IMG/VR virus record: IMGVR_UViG_3300029922_000003
From: a virus
Direction: 5' to 3' (one strand)
DNA length: 64,000 bases
Shown: in pieces, positions 16,957 through 25,493 of the stretch
Position numbering within the stretch: the stretch's first letter is position 1
How the letters are laid out: each line of letters opens with the position of its first letter
Translations under genes and position numbers: made by a program
The notes under the pieces: model-generated
Told to the model about the DNA's origin: nothing
The model's database searches: none
The model's input: the letters and a program-made list of their open reading frames with translations, nothing else

Positions 16957-17448
16957 TTATTGGCGAACATTTCTTGTGATGTCGATTCCTAGCAACTGAA
17001 GACGCCGCACTATGGCATTTTCGGTTTTTGCGCTTAATACCCCAAAAACGACTATATTACATTTGTATCTCCTTTCTCTTGGCTTATACACATGTTGATA
17101 TATATTCCCAGAATCTGGATAATATGATGTCATAATAATATCCATCCTAAGCTGGGCAGATAGTTTTGATATTACCATCCATGGTACTCCATCCGCTGTT
17201 TGAAATGTCAGTCGGTCCGGGTGGGTCCCTTCATTTAAAGCAAAGTTCATGCCGCCCCCACAGCACCCCCAGTTCCTCATCATCCAACTCCCTATTTCAA
17301 TGGGTCTCATGAAGACATCATTTGGTATTGGCTTCAAATCGTCAAACAATACTTGACCATTTCTAAAAAATTCTCCTAGCCCCTCTCTGATGTTAATTAC
17401 ATTTCCATGTCCATCCCATACCGAAAGTACATTAATTATTGTGTTCAC
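16957..17448 (-). CDS. WGC array paralog 4
   Basis: AGGAGG SD plus GTG start; IINVL, VLFDDLKP, NWGCC, FQTADGVPWMVISKLS. Confidence 0.75.
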   Translation of the reverse strand: MNTIINVLSVWDGHGNVINIREGLGEFFRNGQVLFDDLKPIPNDVFMRPIEIGSWMMRNWGCCGGGMNFALNEGTHPDRLTFQTADGVPWMVISKLSAQLRMDIIMTSYYPDSGNIYQHVYKPRERRYKCNIVVFGVLSAKTENAIVRRLQLLGIDITRNVRQ

Positions 17449-17531
17449 GCTGGTCCTCCTATTTAAAAATTAAATGGTGGGGCATCCCTACCCCAAATCC
17501 CTAAATACATCTGAAAAAGTTTCTTCCATAT

Positions 17532-18008
17532 TTAATCAGCCGGTGGTGTGGCTCTTAATCGCTCTTCAATAGCGGCTCTAGTTTGATTAGAAAGATACAA
17601 CAAATCTGGTATTTTTCTGCACCAATACAACCTATTAGCTGGATCAAATGATTGATAATAGATGTCTCTAGATGTACAAAAATATGACACTAACTCTATA
17701 TTCTTTTGGGTTAATACAGAAAGTCTAGAAATCACCTTGTTGGCAGTTCCATTGTGTGTATCAAAGGTCAATCGAGTGCCTATATTATTAATAACAAAAT
17801 TATCTCCAGATCCACTAGATCCCCAATGCATATGTATTAAGTCCTCAATATCTTCTGGCCGACCCCAAGGTGTATACTGTATTGGCTTTACTCGTCCAAA
17901 ATCTATTCTATTGTTACTATAGTACTCACCTAGCGCATCTATGATTTGAACAAACCCATCATTTTCGCTATGGGACATTAAGACGTTAATAACTCTTGTT
18001 GTTCTCAT
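17532..18008 (-). CDS. WGC array paralog 3
   Basis: VINVL, IDFGRVKP, HWGSS, FDTHNGTANKVISRLS. Confidence 0.75.
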   Translation of the reverse strand: MRTTRVINVLMSHSENDGFVQIIDALGEYYSNNRIDFGRVKPIQYTPWGRPEDIEDLIHMHWGSSGSGDNFVINNIGTRLTFDTHNGTANKVISRLSVLTQKNIELVSYFCTSRDIYYQSFDPANRLYWCRKIPDLLYLSNQTRAAIEERLRATPPAD

Positions 18009-18469
18009 GCTGGAGCTAATGGGCATAGGCGTCGCCGGAATGCTGACGGAATATCTAAGACGTTTAGAATCCTAGAAAAAGATTGCTGCCTAATTGCTGG
18101 CAGAGTCTCAAAAACATAGCAACTATCACTGTCTGAATACCTAGAGAACAATTTAGCAACAAGTCTCTTTTGCGCAGAGATCCTTGATATTATCTTTGTT
18201 GGAATTCCGCCAATTGTCGTAAACTCCAGGGCTCTGCCACCGCAAATTATTCTAAAGGCATTGCCAGTTACCTGGCAACCCCAGTTTTCCATGTTCCATT
18301 CCCGTAGATCTTCAATGGTCCCAATAGTACGCCAATCTACTGGTTTTACGCTATTGAAATCAATGCAGCCATGTCGGTCCATGTACTCACCTAAAGCATT
18401 TTGTACCCCAAGCGCCTCTCCTGCTAATGGAGAGTAAATAACTAAAACATTTAAAAAATAATAATTCAT
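18005..18469 (-). CDS. WGC array paralog 2
   Basis: FLNVL, IDFNSVKP, WNMENWGC, FTTIGGIPTKIISRIS. Confidence 0.75.
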   Translation of the reverse strand: MNYYFLNVLVIYSPLAGEALGVQNALGEYMDRHGCIDFNSVKPVDWRTIGTIEDLREWNMENWGCQVTGNAFRIICGGRALEFTTIGGIPTKIISRISAQKRLVAKLFSRYSDSDSCYVFETLPAIRQQSFSRILNVLDIPSAFRRRLCPLAPA

Positions 18470-18484
18470 TATGTGTAAGATTTT

Positions 18485-19000
18485 CTACTCGTCTTCTTCT
18501 ACATCTTCCTCTGCATCACCGTCATCGTCCCCATTCTCATTGTCCTCATACCGCAGGTCTTCATCCAGGTCATAAATTCGTCCTGCAATATCCGCAGGTA
18601 CATCCTCATTATCGATCTCGGAAATTTTTTGCAACCGACTAAAGGGGTTTACTTCTGTTAAAAAGTGTTCATCCGTATGTCGAAAGTAAGAATACATTTT
18701 TAGTTTTCTTTGCACCAGAACAGCTAATCTGGAAATAACCTTAGTTGGAATTCCTCCATCAGTGCAGAATATAATTTTCTTCCCTGAATCAAATTGACTC
18801 TGCCTTTCTGGTGCGAAATAACACCCCCAATTGTTCATATTCCACATCATTACCTCATCAAATCGCATTACTGGGGGCTGTGGCTTAATCTGATGAAAAG
18901 CTATATATCCATCTGCAGTTATATACGGATAGCACTCCCGTGTTAGTTGTGTGTGACCGCCCGTCCTGGTTCTACCAATAAGTGAATTTATGATTTCCAT
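18485..19000 (-). CDS. WGC array paralog 1, acidic tail
   Basis: IINSL, IAFHQIKP, WNMNNWGC, FCTDGGIPTKVISRLA; D/E-rich C-terminus. Confidence 0.75.
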   Translation of the reverse strand: MEIINSLIGRTRTGGHTQLTRECYPYITADGYIAFHQIKPQPPVMRFDEVMMWNMNNWGCYFAPERQSQFDSGKKIIFCTDGGIPTKVISRLAVLVQRKLKMYSYFRHTDEHFLTEVNPFSRLQKISEIDNEDVPADIAGRIYDLDEDLRYEDNENGDDDGDAEEDVEEDE

Positions 19001-19113
19001 CTTCCCTTAAGTTAACACTCTAATTATCTGTTGAGAGCACGCTCGTAAGCACGACCCCTCATGTCTAAAAGGTCCATCAAAATAGGCCCGTGAATAAAAT
19101 TTGCATGTATTTT

Positions 19114-19368
19114 CTACTTTGCATCCTCTTTGTTCTTCCTCCTTAGTGGGCCATACTCTTCCTTAATCTTCCTGAGAGCTACTGGGTCGTGCTTTTCAAG
19201 CTCCTCTGAGAGCTTGTGATTAAACTCTCCCAACCTATGTAGGCTATTCTTTAGCGCATCAATTGTATTGTGTAGTTGTTGAATTCCAAACATATGTTTT
19301 GTTTTTAGCCTCTGGTAATAATTCTGGATTTCTCCACCGTCGCCTCTTCTTTCTGAGAAGTAATCCAA
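19114..19368 (-). CDS. Hypothetical coiled-coil protein
   Basis: 84-aa ORF. Confidence 0.5.
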   Translation of the reverse strand: MDYFSERRGDGGEIQNYYQRLKTKHMFGIQQLHNTIDALKNSLHRLGEFNHKLSEELEKHDPVALRKIKEEYGPLRRKNKEDAK

Positions 19369-19592
19369 TCCACAAGATCCTGTGGGTCCTCAAAAGAATT
19401 TGTCATAGACGAAGCTACAACTGCAACTGTCTCGTACCCATCTTTTGTGCTATATACAAGCAGCGCCAGGGTGGGATCATTTGTACTAGGCTTCATTAGT
19501 ACCGTCTGGAATCCATTGGACTTCAAGAAGTCAATTAGCTCTACTCCATTGCCTTCTGGCTCTTTGGTTTCTGCTGTTTCTATATCGCTCAT
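19305..19592 (-). CDS. Hypothetical protein
   Basis: 95-aa ORF with A-rich leader. Confidence 0.55.
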   Translation of the reverse strand: MSDIETAETKEPEGNGVELIDFLKSNGFQTVLMKPSTNDPTLALLVYSTKDGYETVAVVASSMTNSFEDPQDLVDWITSQKEEATVEKSRIITRG

Positions 19593-19608
19593 TGTTTTGT
19601 TTTTGTTT

Positions 19609-19776
19609 CTACTTACGTAGATTTTTCCACCACTTGTCTACTCGATTGCGATCTGCTTTGTTGAATATCCAAAACAGAGGTAATCCGAACAGGAGTGGGA
19701 TGAGGATTTGTGACACGAATAAAAATAATATTAGTGTCGTTATAAACAAGTCAGTTGTGATTAATAATCTTCCCAT
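19609..19776 (-). CDS. Small membrane protein (55 aa)
   Basis: Manual translation MGRLLITTDLFITTLILFLFVSQILIPLLFGLPLFWIF...; fills the gap between ORFs. Confidence 0.45.
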   Translation of the reverse strand: MGRLLITTDLFITTLILFLFVSQILIPLLFGLPLFWIFNKADRNRVDKWWKNLRK

Positions 19777-19777
19777 A

Positions 19778-20020
19778 CTATTCGTCTTGGTACCTTACGT
19801 TTTCGTCATCGTTGTCGAGAGGAATTCCGCCTACCGAAAGGTAGGCATCCCCTTCTTCCCAATGACCATTGTTATCTACGACGATACATAAGCTAAGCCC
19901 ACCATCGTCGACAGCAACATCTGAATCAGCTGGTAAGGACTCAGCCCAATCCAAAAGCTCTTGTCTTGAAATCATGAGTTGTATCTTTTTGAGGACTTCC
20001 TCGATCTTATTAGTTGGCAA
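19778..20020 (-). CDS. Hypothetical acidic protein
   Basis: 80-aa ORF. Confidence 0.55.
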   Translation of the reverse strand: MPTNKIEEVLKKIQLMISRQELLDWAESLPADSDVAVDDGGLSLCIVVDNNGHWEEGDAYLSVGGIPLDNDDENVRYQDE

Positions 20021-20673
20021 TCATTGCACATACACTTGGCATCAATGATCTGAAGCTTGAGGTCTTCGAGGGTTGTAGTCATGTTGTTATGACTTCCTCC
20101 CCATACTAAACAATACGCATTTATTTCCTCGTCGATAATACTCAATGCTTCAAATTGCTTCTGTAGCATTGGCTTTTCAACAACCTCACCCACTGGGCCA
20201 AGGTTAACAATAGTTACGACTGGATCTCCAGGAAGTGGTTTGGGGGGGCTACCATAAGTAAATATACTGTAATATCTTACACTTCCCTGCACAAGTTGGT
20301 GTATCAATCCAGTCTCTTTGTTTTGTTGCCATGGGAAATGTATTCCCAAAGTATCTAGAGACATTCTTTCCCACCAAGGGAGATAGTCTGAAACAGCTTT
20401 TTGCCCCGCATAACTAAATGCAAGCAGATTTGTTTCGCGACTACCTATACAAATTAATTCATTATCCCTGTTCTCTAGTTCAAAGAACTGAGTTGAGTTC
20501 TTGCCTTTGTATTTTCCAGTAGTGCCACGAATGGTAATCTGGAACAGGACTTTGAACTCGGGATAGTACCAAGCAGTGGAGATATTTAACTCCTTGAATC
20601 TTTTAAATACTTCTTCAATAATCATGTTGTTGGTGTTTGGGTTTTGGTTTGTTCCAATGGCAGTTGCGTGCAC
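19972..20673 (-). CDS. Hypothetical protein
   Basis: 233-aa ORF ending in CMCNDC. Confidence 0.65.
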   Translation of the reverse strand: MHATAIGTNQNPNTNNMIIEEVFKRFKELNISTAWYYPEFKVLFQITIRGTTGKYKGKNSTQFFELENRDNELICIGSRETNLLAFSYAGQKAVSDYLPWWERMSLDTLGIHFPWQQNKETGLIHQLVQGSVRYYSIFTYGSPPKPLPGDPVVTIVNLGPVGEVVEKPMLQKQFEALSIIDEEINAYCLVWGGSHNNMTTTLEDLKLQIIDAKCMCNDCQLIRSRKSSKRYNS

Positions 20674-20916
20674 TTACATGGTTTGAATCTCTTTGATTAC
20701 ATTCCTGCCTTGATGCGCCCCAGATCCATTGCACCTCTTGCAGGTTGCTGTCAGTAGGCGATCAAGTGGAACTAGCTTATCTTGCTCTACTCCTATCCTT
20801 TCGGATAGAGCTGCAATAGCTGCTTCTTTGTCTTTGACGAAGAGAGCTGTCTCTTCGTCTGTGAGTGTGTGGATTTGCCCTGTCTGTGTGTCCATGTGTA
20901 TAAAGAAAAAGGCCAC
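20674..20916 (-). CDS. Hypothetical protein with CKRCNGSG half Zn-finger
   Basis: DnaJ-type CxxCxGxG motif, single copy. Confidence 0.5.
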   Translation of the reverse strand: MAFFFIHMDTQTGQIHTLTDEETALFVKDKEAAIAALSERIGVEQDKLVPLDRLLTATCKRCNGSGAHQGRNVIKEIQTM

Positions 20917-20958
20917 TCCGTAGAGTGGCTTATGTTGTTTTTAAAATTTGTAGGAGGA

Positions 20959-21675
20959 TTATCTCCTCATCTTCCCAAGGACGTACCGAAGGAATGGAGA
21001 CCTAACGCAATCAAGCTCCTCTTGAAGCTCAAAAGCATAGATCTTGTTCTCCCTAGACTCCTCGTCATTAAGTTTATCAAATACTTCCCTAAAGCCAGAA
21101 TTAGGTACATCCACCTGCCCTGAATCTCCTATAAGGTACACTCTACTATGGACTCCAACCCTCGACAGAGTCAACATAAGATCCTCCTTGGTCATACAAC
21201 CAGCCTCATCAATGATGATGCCGTAGCAATTGTAAGAAGTACCTCTCAGTAGTGCTACCGGCTGAGTTTCTACAACCTTGTCATTTATCAATTTAGACAC
21301 CTGACTAGGGGGTAGCAGCTCATCCAGTTTTTGCTGTAGTGGCAGCATGAATGGACATAGCTTTGTCTGAAGGTCTCCACCAAGCCACCCAAGAGTACCA
21401 CTGCCAGACTGCACTACGTTACGGATATACAAGATGTTTGATATCTTCTTCTCTTGCAGAAGCTTCAAGCAAGCATACAGGGCGATCAGGGTCTTACCTG
21501 ACCCCCAAATACCATCTACTATTGTCATAGCAGCTTTATGCTTTAAGGAGGCATCGACAACCTCCTGCTGTCTTTGTGTCCATGGGAACTCCCTTATACT
21601 TAGGTCGAATGCTATTTTAGCGTTCTGATGTACATGAGGTGACGTATCTTTCTTCGCAGCAGGTTTTTTAGCCAT
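20959..21675 (-). CDS. phoH: PhoH-family ATPase
   Basis: Walker A GIWGSGKT, LGWLGGDLQTK, LRGTSY, IIIDEA, GDSGQVD, VRS motifs. Confidence 0.9.
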   Translation of the reverse strand: MAKKPAAKKDTSPHVHQNAKIAFDLSIREFPWTQRQQEVVDASLKHKAAMTIVDGIWGSGKTLIALYACLKLLQEKKISNILYIRNVVQSGSGTLGWLGGDLQTKLCPFMLPLQQKLDELLPPSQVSKLINDKVVETQPVALLRGTSYNCYGIIIDEAGCMTKEDLMLTLSRVGVHSRVYLIGDSGQVDVPNSGFREVFDKLNDEESRENKIYAFELQEELDCVRSPFLRYVLGKMRR

Positions 21676-21681
21676 GTAAAA

Positions 21682-21710
21682 ATCCTAACTCAAATACCTC
21701 TTTAGAGCAA
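21682..21710 (-). promoter_or_regulatory. Sigma70-like promoter for phoH (leaderless geometry)
   Basis: TTGCTC-17 nt-TAGGAT-6 nt-ATG on minus strand. Confidence 0.5.
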
Positions 21711-21804
21711 CCTGCAACATGCTATAATTAATCCATGCTAGATCCACTAGAAGCAGCTATGTTAGGTATATTTTCTTTATGCTATTTAGCTGCTTACTTA
21801 CTGG

Positions 21805-21981
21805 TTACTGCCAGTTGGGCTTTGATGAAAAGATCCAAATTACGCAAAGATAAATAATAGCAACCACTAGAGTTACTACCATTATCCAAAAGTCCTCCTT
21901 CTTGCCCCTATACTTCATGGGACAAGGACAAGTAGAGACTCCGCTAGTAACTCTGTAGGAGCCAGGACAAGGGCCATGCAT
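21805..21981 (-). CDS. Small membrane protein
   Basis: Cys-containing N-terminus then a TM helix. Confidence 0.4.
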   Translation of the reverse strand: MHGPCPGSYRVTSGVSTCPCPMKYRGKKEDFWIMVVTLVVAIIYLCVIWIFSSKPNWQ

Positions 21982-22313
21982 TCCTCTAGGGAGGCTTCCC
22001 AAACAAAATTCTTAACCCCCTGACTTCTCCAGGGAGCAATCTTGAGGTTCTCCGCTAGGTGCACAAGGAATTGCTCTCTTTGCCAATCAGGAAGGCTGGT
22101 AGCAAGTTCAATGATTGCATCTCTGTCTTCCATATAATCTGGAATCTCTGCTGGAAATGTCATCTTGGATCTCGGTGCATATATAGGATGATACCCATAA
22201 GAAACAAGAGAATCTGGATCCTCAGCGTCCTCTGGAGGAGTCCTCCATGTAATCTCCCAGCAATCAAACTTAGCTATTCTTTCATTCTTCTGACTTTGTG
22301 TTTCTATTTCCAC
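21915..22313 (-). CDS. Hypothetical protein
   Basis: Probable GTG start overlapping the upstream stop; IPDY..D..A motif. Confidence 0.6.
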   Translation of the reverse strand: MEIETQSQKNERIAKFDCWEITWRTPPEDAEDPDSLVSYGYHPIYAPRSKMTFPAEIPDYMEDRDAIIELATSLPDWQREQFLVHLAENLKIAPWRSQGVKNFVWEASLEECMALVLAPTELLAESLLVLVP

Positions 22314-22576
22314 TTTTTTACGAGTTCGGGGTTGTTGGCACACCAGAATGCAAGTGCCCATCTCTGCTTCTTTGAGAGTGGGTGCCTCCATGTTCTGATA
22401 CTAATTATCTTGGGTTCTGAAGCTTGCTCGCAAGCATCCTTCAGTTTTTCGTCATCGAAATAGATATAATGCCTAGCATCTATCTTGTCCTAGGTCTTCC
22501 ATATTCTTGTAATACAAGCTCGTTTTATCAACCTATCACTATAGGCATCTCCATAATGGTCAAAGCAATCACTCAT
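22304..22576 (-). pseudogene. 90-codon ORF interrupted by one in-frame TAG at 22490-22492
   Basis: MSDCFDHYGDAYSDRLIKRACITRIWKT*DKIDARHYIYFDDEKL...LSKKQRWALAFWC...KKWK*; exactly fills the gap between genes. Confidence 0.5.
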
Positions 22577-22592
22577 AATTTTTGAAAGTTGA

Positions 22593-22618
22593 GGGTCCCA
22601 CAGTTTCCTGTGGGGCCC
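22593..22618 (-). terminator. GC-rich hairpin downstream of NAMPT-like gene
   Basis: GGGCCCCACAG-GAAA-CTGTGGGACCC on minus strand; weak U-tract. Confidence 0.4.
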
Positions 22619-22647
22619 AGTAATATTTAAGGATAATCTAAGTCGTC

Positions 22648-24123
22648 CTAGAATTCCTTATGAAGTCTCGCCCTAATCTCCGTCAGAGATTGGTCAACAA
22701 ATAGTTGCCCATCCTCGTAAACCCGATTATAGGCACAGTTCTTGACTTCATCCCAGGATACCTGGTCTTTCTGATAGAACTTACCATTCTCATCCTGGTA
22801 GACAGCGATCAACCCCTTGGCTGACTTCTTGAGTTTTGCGGTGTCCGTCTTGGGGTCCTTGAAGATTTCCCTTGGCTCTCCATTAACCTCCACATACGTA
22901 CTCTTGACAGCCCAACCATCTGTGTCACGACTTACGCCATAAACCAGATAGTAGGATCCAATCCCGTACACGATATTGGTACTTGCGAACCCCTTAGCCT
23001 TCAATCCTTCGCAGATTGCCAACAAGACCTTGCGGTTAACTCCATCACCAAGAATCGTTCCAACATGTGGATCCAACTCCTTAAACCCAAGATCATTGAC
23101 CGTTCCACCAAAGATATCCCAAAGGAGTTCTATGGTTCCCTTATTCTCGGGCGAGCCCTCTGGAGCATCTGGGTCTCCAACGATGATCTTGACGTTGTCT
23201 CCACTATCAGGTCGGAAAACCAACTTACCATCACGTTTCAATATGGTTTCTTTTAGCCGGATAGCAAAGTCAGAAAGAGTCTTCCAGTAATCAGTAGTGT
23301 CACTGATGTAGCTGAAAATCCCCGTAGGGTAAACATCCTCAATGAGATGTCTCAGAGCCTCGAACTCGTCTCCTCCATAAGAGCAAATCACGGCGTGCTC
23401 CGAAGCAGCTACCGAAACAGTGATCAACTCCTTGTCGGAATCTCCGTTGTAATATTCCTCAATGAAATCAATCCCAGGAACCGTGTCGGATCCAGCAAAA
23501 GATGTCAAGAATCCGGCATCAGCCATGACCGCAGCTTCGTGACCGAAGCAGCCCCTGTAGCTAAAGTTGTGCCCCTGGAACTTTACAAACCCAATATTTC
23601 CAACTGTTTCCATTGCATACTTCTCGAGCACCTTCCTGATCTCCAAGGCAGTGGTCGCCGTTGTTGCAATGGGCCATGTGGATGTAGAAAGGATTGTTTC
23701 GATGTACGCCTGGAACCATCCAAACCTAGTGTCGGTTGTCCAATACACAAATGGTGCTACACCATATGGGACAATAGACCCCTCAGGGAGACTATAGAAT
23801 GCCAATGGGATGTGCCCCAAGTCATGCAAGGCCTCGATGTGTTCTTGACCGACACTATTTGGACCAAGGTAGTTATTAATCCTCCTTGTGTACCGGGCGA
23901 CCACCTCTTCCTTAGGCTTAGCGAAGAAGTTGGTATTCCAAAGGCCAATAAGGATCTCCTTCAGGAAGTATTGTAGTCCAACGGCCACAACTCCATCCGG
24001 TACGACCTCTCTGTATGACTTTCGAGGCGTCATATTACCAAAGGACAGGCTAAGTCCTGGGACTAATTGCTGCCTGTGTCCGGTTTTATAACCATCAATC
24101 AGCGTTTCTGGACTCTTTTTCAT
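22648..24123 (-). CDS. nadV: Nicotinamide phosphoribosyltransferase-like protein (NAMPT/NadV; possibly Namat of NARP1)
   Basis: DGYKTGH, HNFSYRG, AASEHAV, SYISDT.D, VFRPDSGD, GDG, GIGSY, KDPKTD..KKSAKG. Confidence 0.92.
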   Translation of the reverse strand: MKKSPETLIDGYKTGHRQQLVPGLSLSFGNMTPRKSYREVVPDGVVAVGLQYFLKEILIGLWNTNFFAKPKEEVVARYTRRINNYLGPNSVGQEHIEALHDLGHIPLAFYSLPEGSIVPYGVAPFVYWTTDTRFGWFQAYIETILSTSTWPIATTATTALEIRKVLEKYAMETVGNIGFVKFQGHNFSYRGCFGHEAAVMADAGFLTSFAGSDTVPGIDFIEEYYNGDSDKELITVSVAASEHAVICSYGGDEFEALRHLIEDVYPTGIFSYISDTTDYWKTLSDFAIRLKETILKRDGKLVFRPDSGDNVKIIVGDPDAPEGSPENKGTIELLWDIFGGTVNDLGFKELDPHVGTILGDGVNRKVLLAICEGLKAKGFASTNIVYGIGSYYLVYGVSRDTDGWAVKSTYVEVNGEPREIFKDPKTDTAKLKKSAKGLIAVYQDENGKFYQKDQVSWDEVKNCAYNRVYEDGQLFVDQSLTEIRARLHKEF

Positions 24124-24565
24124 ATTTTTGTTGTTGTAGTTTCGATACCTTAATTGATTGGACAAGCGAGTTTAGTGTGTCGTACGCTTGTCCGAGTCCT
24201 GCTCTGTCATCTAGGAAGATATTGTAATATATCTTACCTCCAGCGTTGATCTCACCACCCTTGGTGAAGTCAACTACATCCTCGTTTATCCCATCGATCT
24301 TGATCCCTATTTCCTCGCAGTGCTTCCTAATGAAAGCATGCCGGCTCTTGGGACTAGACGAGAATATAACTACCTTGAAACCAAGTTCGTTACAGTCTTT
24401 GATCAAACTAATGACGTTGTCAAAGATGTACCCCTTGTTGTGAAAGTCGTAGATTGTATTGTCAAAATCCACTGCGACGACTAAGGACTCGTGTCTCCTG
24501 TAGTCGTTTAACAATCGATTATAACACTCCACTGCCGACAAGAATGGGTCGGTTATTCTACGCAC
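24095..24565 (-). CDS. HAD-superfamily hydrolase-like protein
   Basis: Motif I VAVDFDNTI, motif II FSS, GKIY, motif IV FLDDRAG. Confidence 0.75.
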   Translation of the reverse strand: MRRITDPFLSAVECYNRLLNDYRRHESLVVAVDFDNTIYDFHNKGYIFDNVISLIKDCNELGFKVVIFSSSPKSRHAFIRKHCEEIGIKIDGINEDVVDFTKGGEINAGGKIYYNIFLDDRAGLGQAYDTLNSLVQSIKVSKLQQQKYEKESRNAD

Positions 24566-25463
24566 TTAATATGGAATTGTGTTTACTCAACTCAACTACG
24601 CTGAGCCCGTACGTTTTGACGAAATCCTCAGGGAAGTCCTGATACGAATCTGTCGTCCAGATCTCGTCGATGCCATTTTCCAGAAGCACCTGGACACCCT
24701 TGGAAAAGATTCCATGGGTAACATAGAGAATTACCCTTCCTGCATTCTTTTTCTTTAGCTCCTGAGCCAAAGCTATGAACGTAGCACCTCCATCGCATAT
24801 GTCGTCGACGATCATGATGTCCTTCTTCTCGAGATCATCAGCATACACAATCATTTCCTTGATCTTACCATTGGTAAGGTCGCGTAGCTTGTCAGCTCTG
24901 ATGAACTCAGGGTGTCCAAGAGAAGCCGCCAGGTCAGAGACCTTCTTGTTCGCTCCTGCATCAGGAGAGACAAGGGTAACTCCAGTGAACGCTCTCTGAT
25001 AGAGCTCACGGCTACCCCTGAAGATTGTCTTCAGGTCGACAACCTTAACTCTCTGGATCAGTGCCTCAGTGACACTACTGTGTGGATCAAAGGTATATAC
25101 CCTCTTGAACCCCAGTGAATTGAGAATCCCTGCAAATGCCTTTAGACTAAATGCCTCTCCTCCGTCGCAGATCCTGTCCTGACGCCCATAGGGGACATAT
25201 GCCAAGAACAACTCAACCTGAGCATGGTTGCAGATGCGATATAGAGCATCCCGTACCATAACAAGCTTCATGAAGTCTTCGGAAGACTTGATGCGAGAAT
25301 ACACAGAGCCACCCAGGCTCTGGAAGTCCGCTACGAACCGGTGGTTGTCGGTATCGATCTTGATCCCGACCTCGCCACCTGGGAAGACGAATTGCTTACA
25401 TTCGACTTCTACCACGTTTGCTGTTGAACCGACATTGCCCGCTGCAATAACTAAGTCTTTCAT
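24558..25463 (-). CDS. prs: Ribose-phosphate pyrophosphokinase-like protein (Prs; possibly Adps of NARP1)
   Basis: FPGGEV, YVPYGRQDR, FDPHS, VSPDAGA, K.RD, IVDDICDGGATF, VTHGIFSKG. Confidence 0.9.
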   Translation of the reverse strand: MKDLVIAAGNVGSTANVVEVECKQFVFPGGEVGIKIDTDNHRFVADFQSLGGSVYSRIKSSEDFMKLVMVRDALYRICNHAQVELFLAYVPYGRQDRICDGGEAFSLKAFAGILNSLGFKRVYTFDPHSSVTEALIQRVKVVDLKTIFRGSRELYQRAFTGVTLVSPDAGANKKVSDLAASLGHPEFIRADKLRDLTNGKIKEMIVYADDLEKKDIMIVDDICDGGATFIALAQELKKKNAGRVILYVTHGIFSKGVQVLLENGIDEIWTTDSYQDFPEDFVKTYGLSVVELSKHNSILSA

Positions 25464-25493
25464 TGTGTGTTTTGTATGTTGTGTGTTGCGTTG

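Noticed and set aside
6670-19000. Diversity-generating retroelement behind the paralog arrays
   Set aside because: No reverse transcriptase in the window; differences between duplicates affect all four bases rather than adenines only
23347-23976. Long plus-strand ORFs (23347..23976, 34864..35658, 39314..40123 and similar)
   Set aside because: Antisense shadows of clear minus-strand genes or of low-complexity repeats
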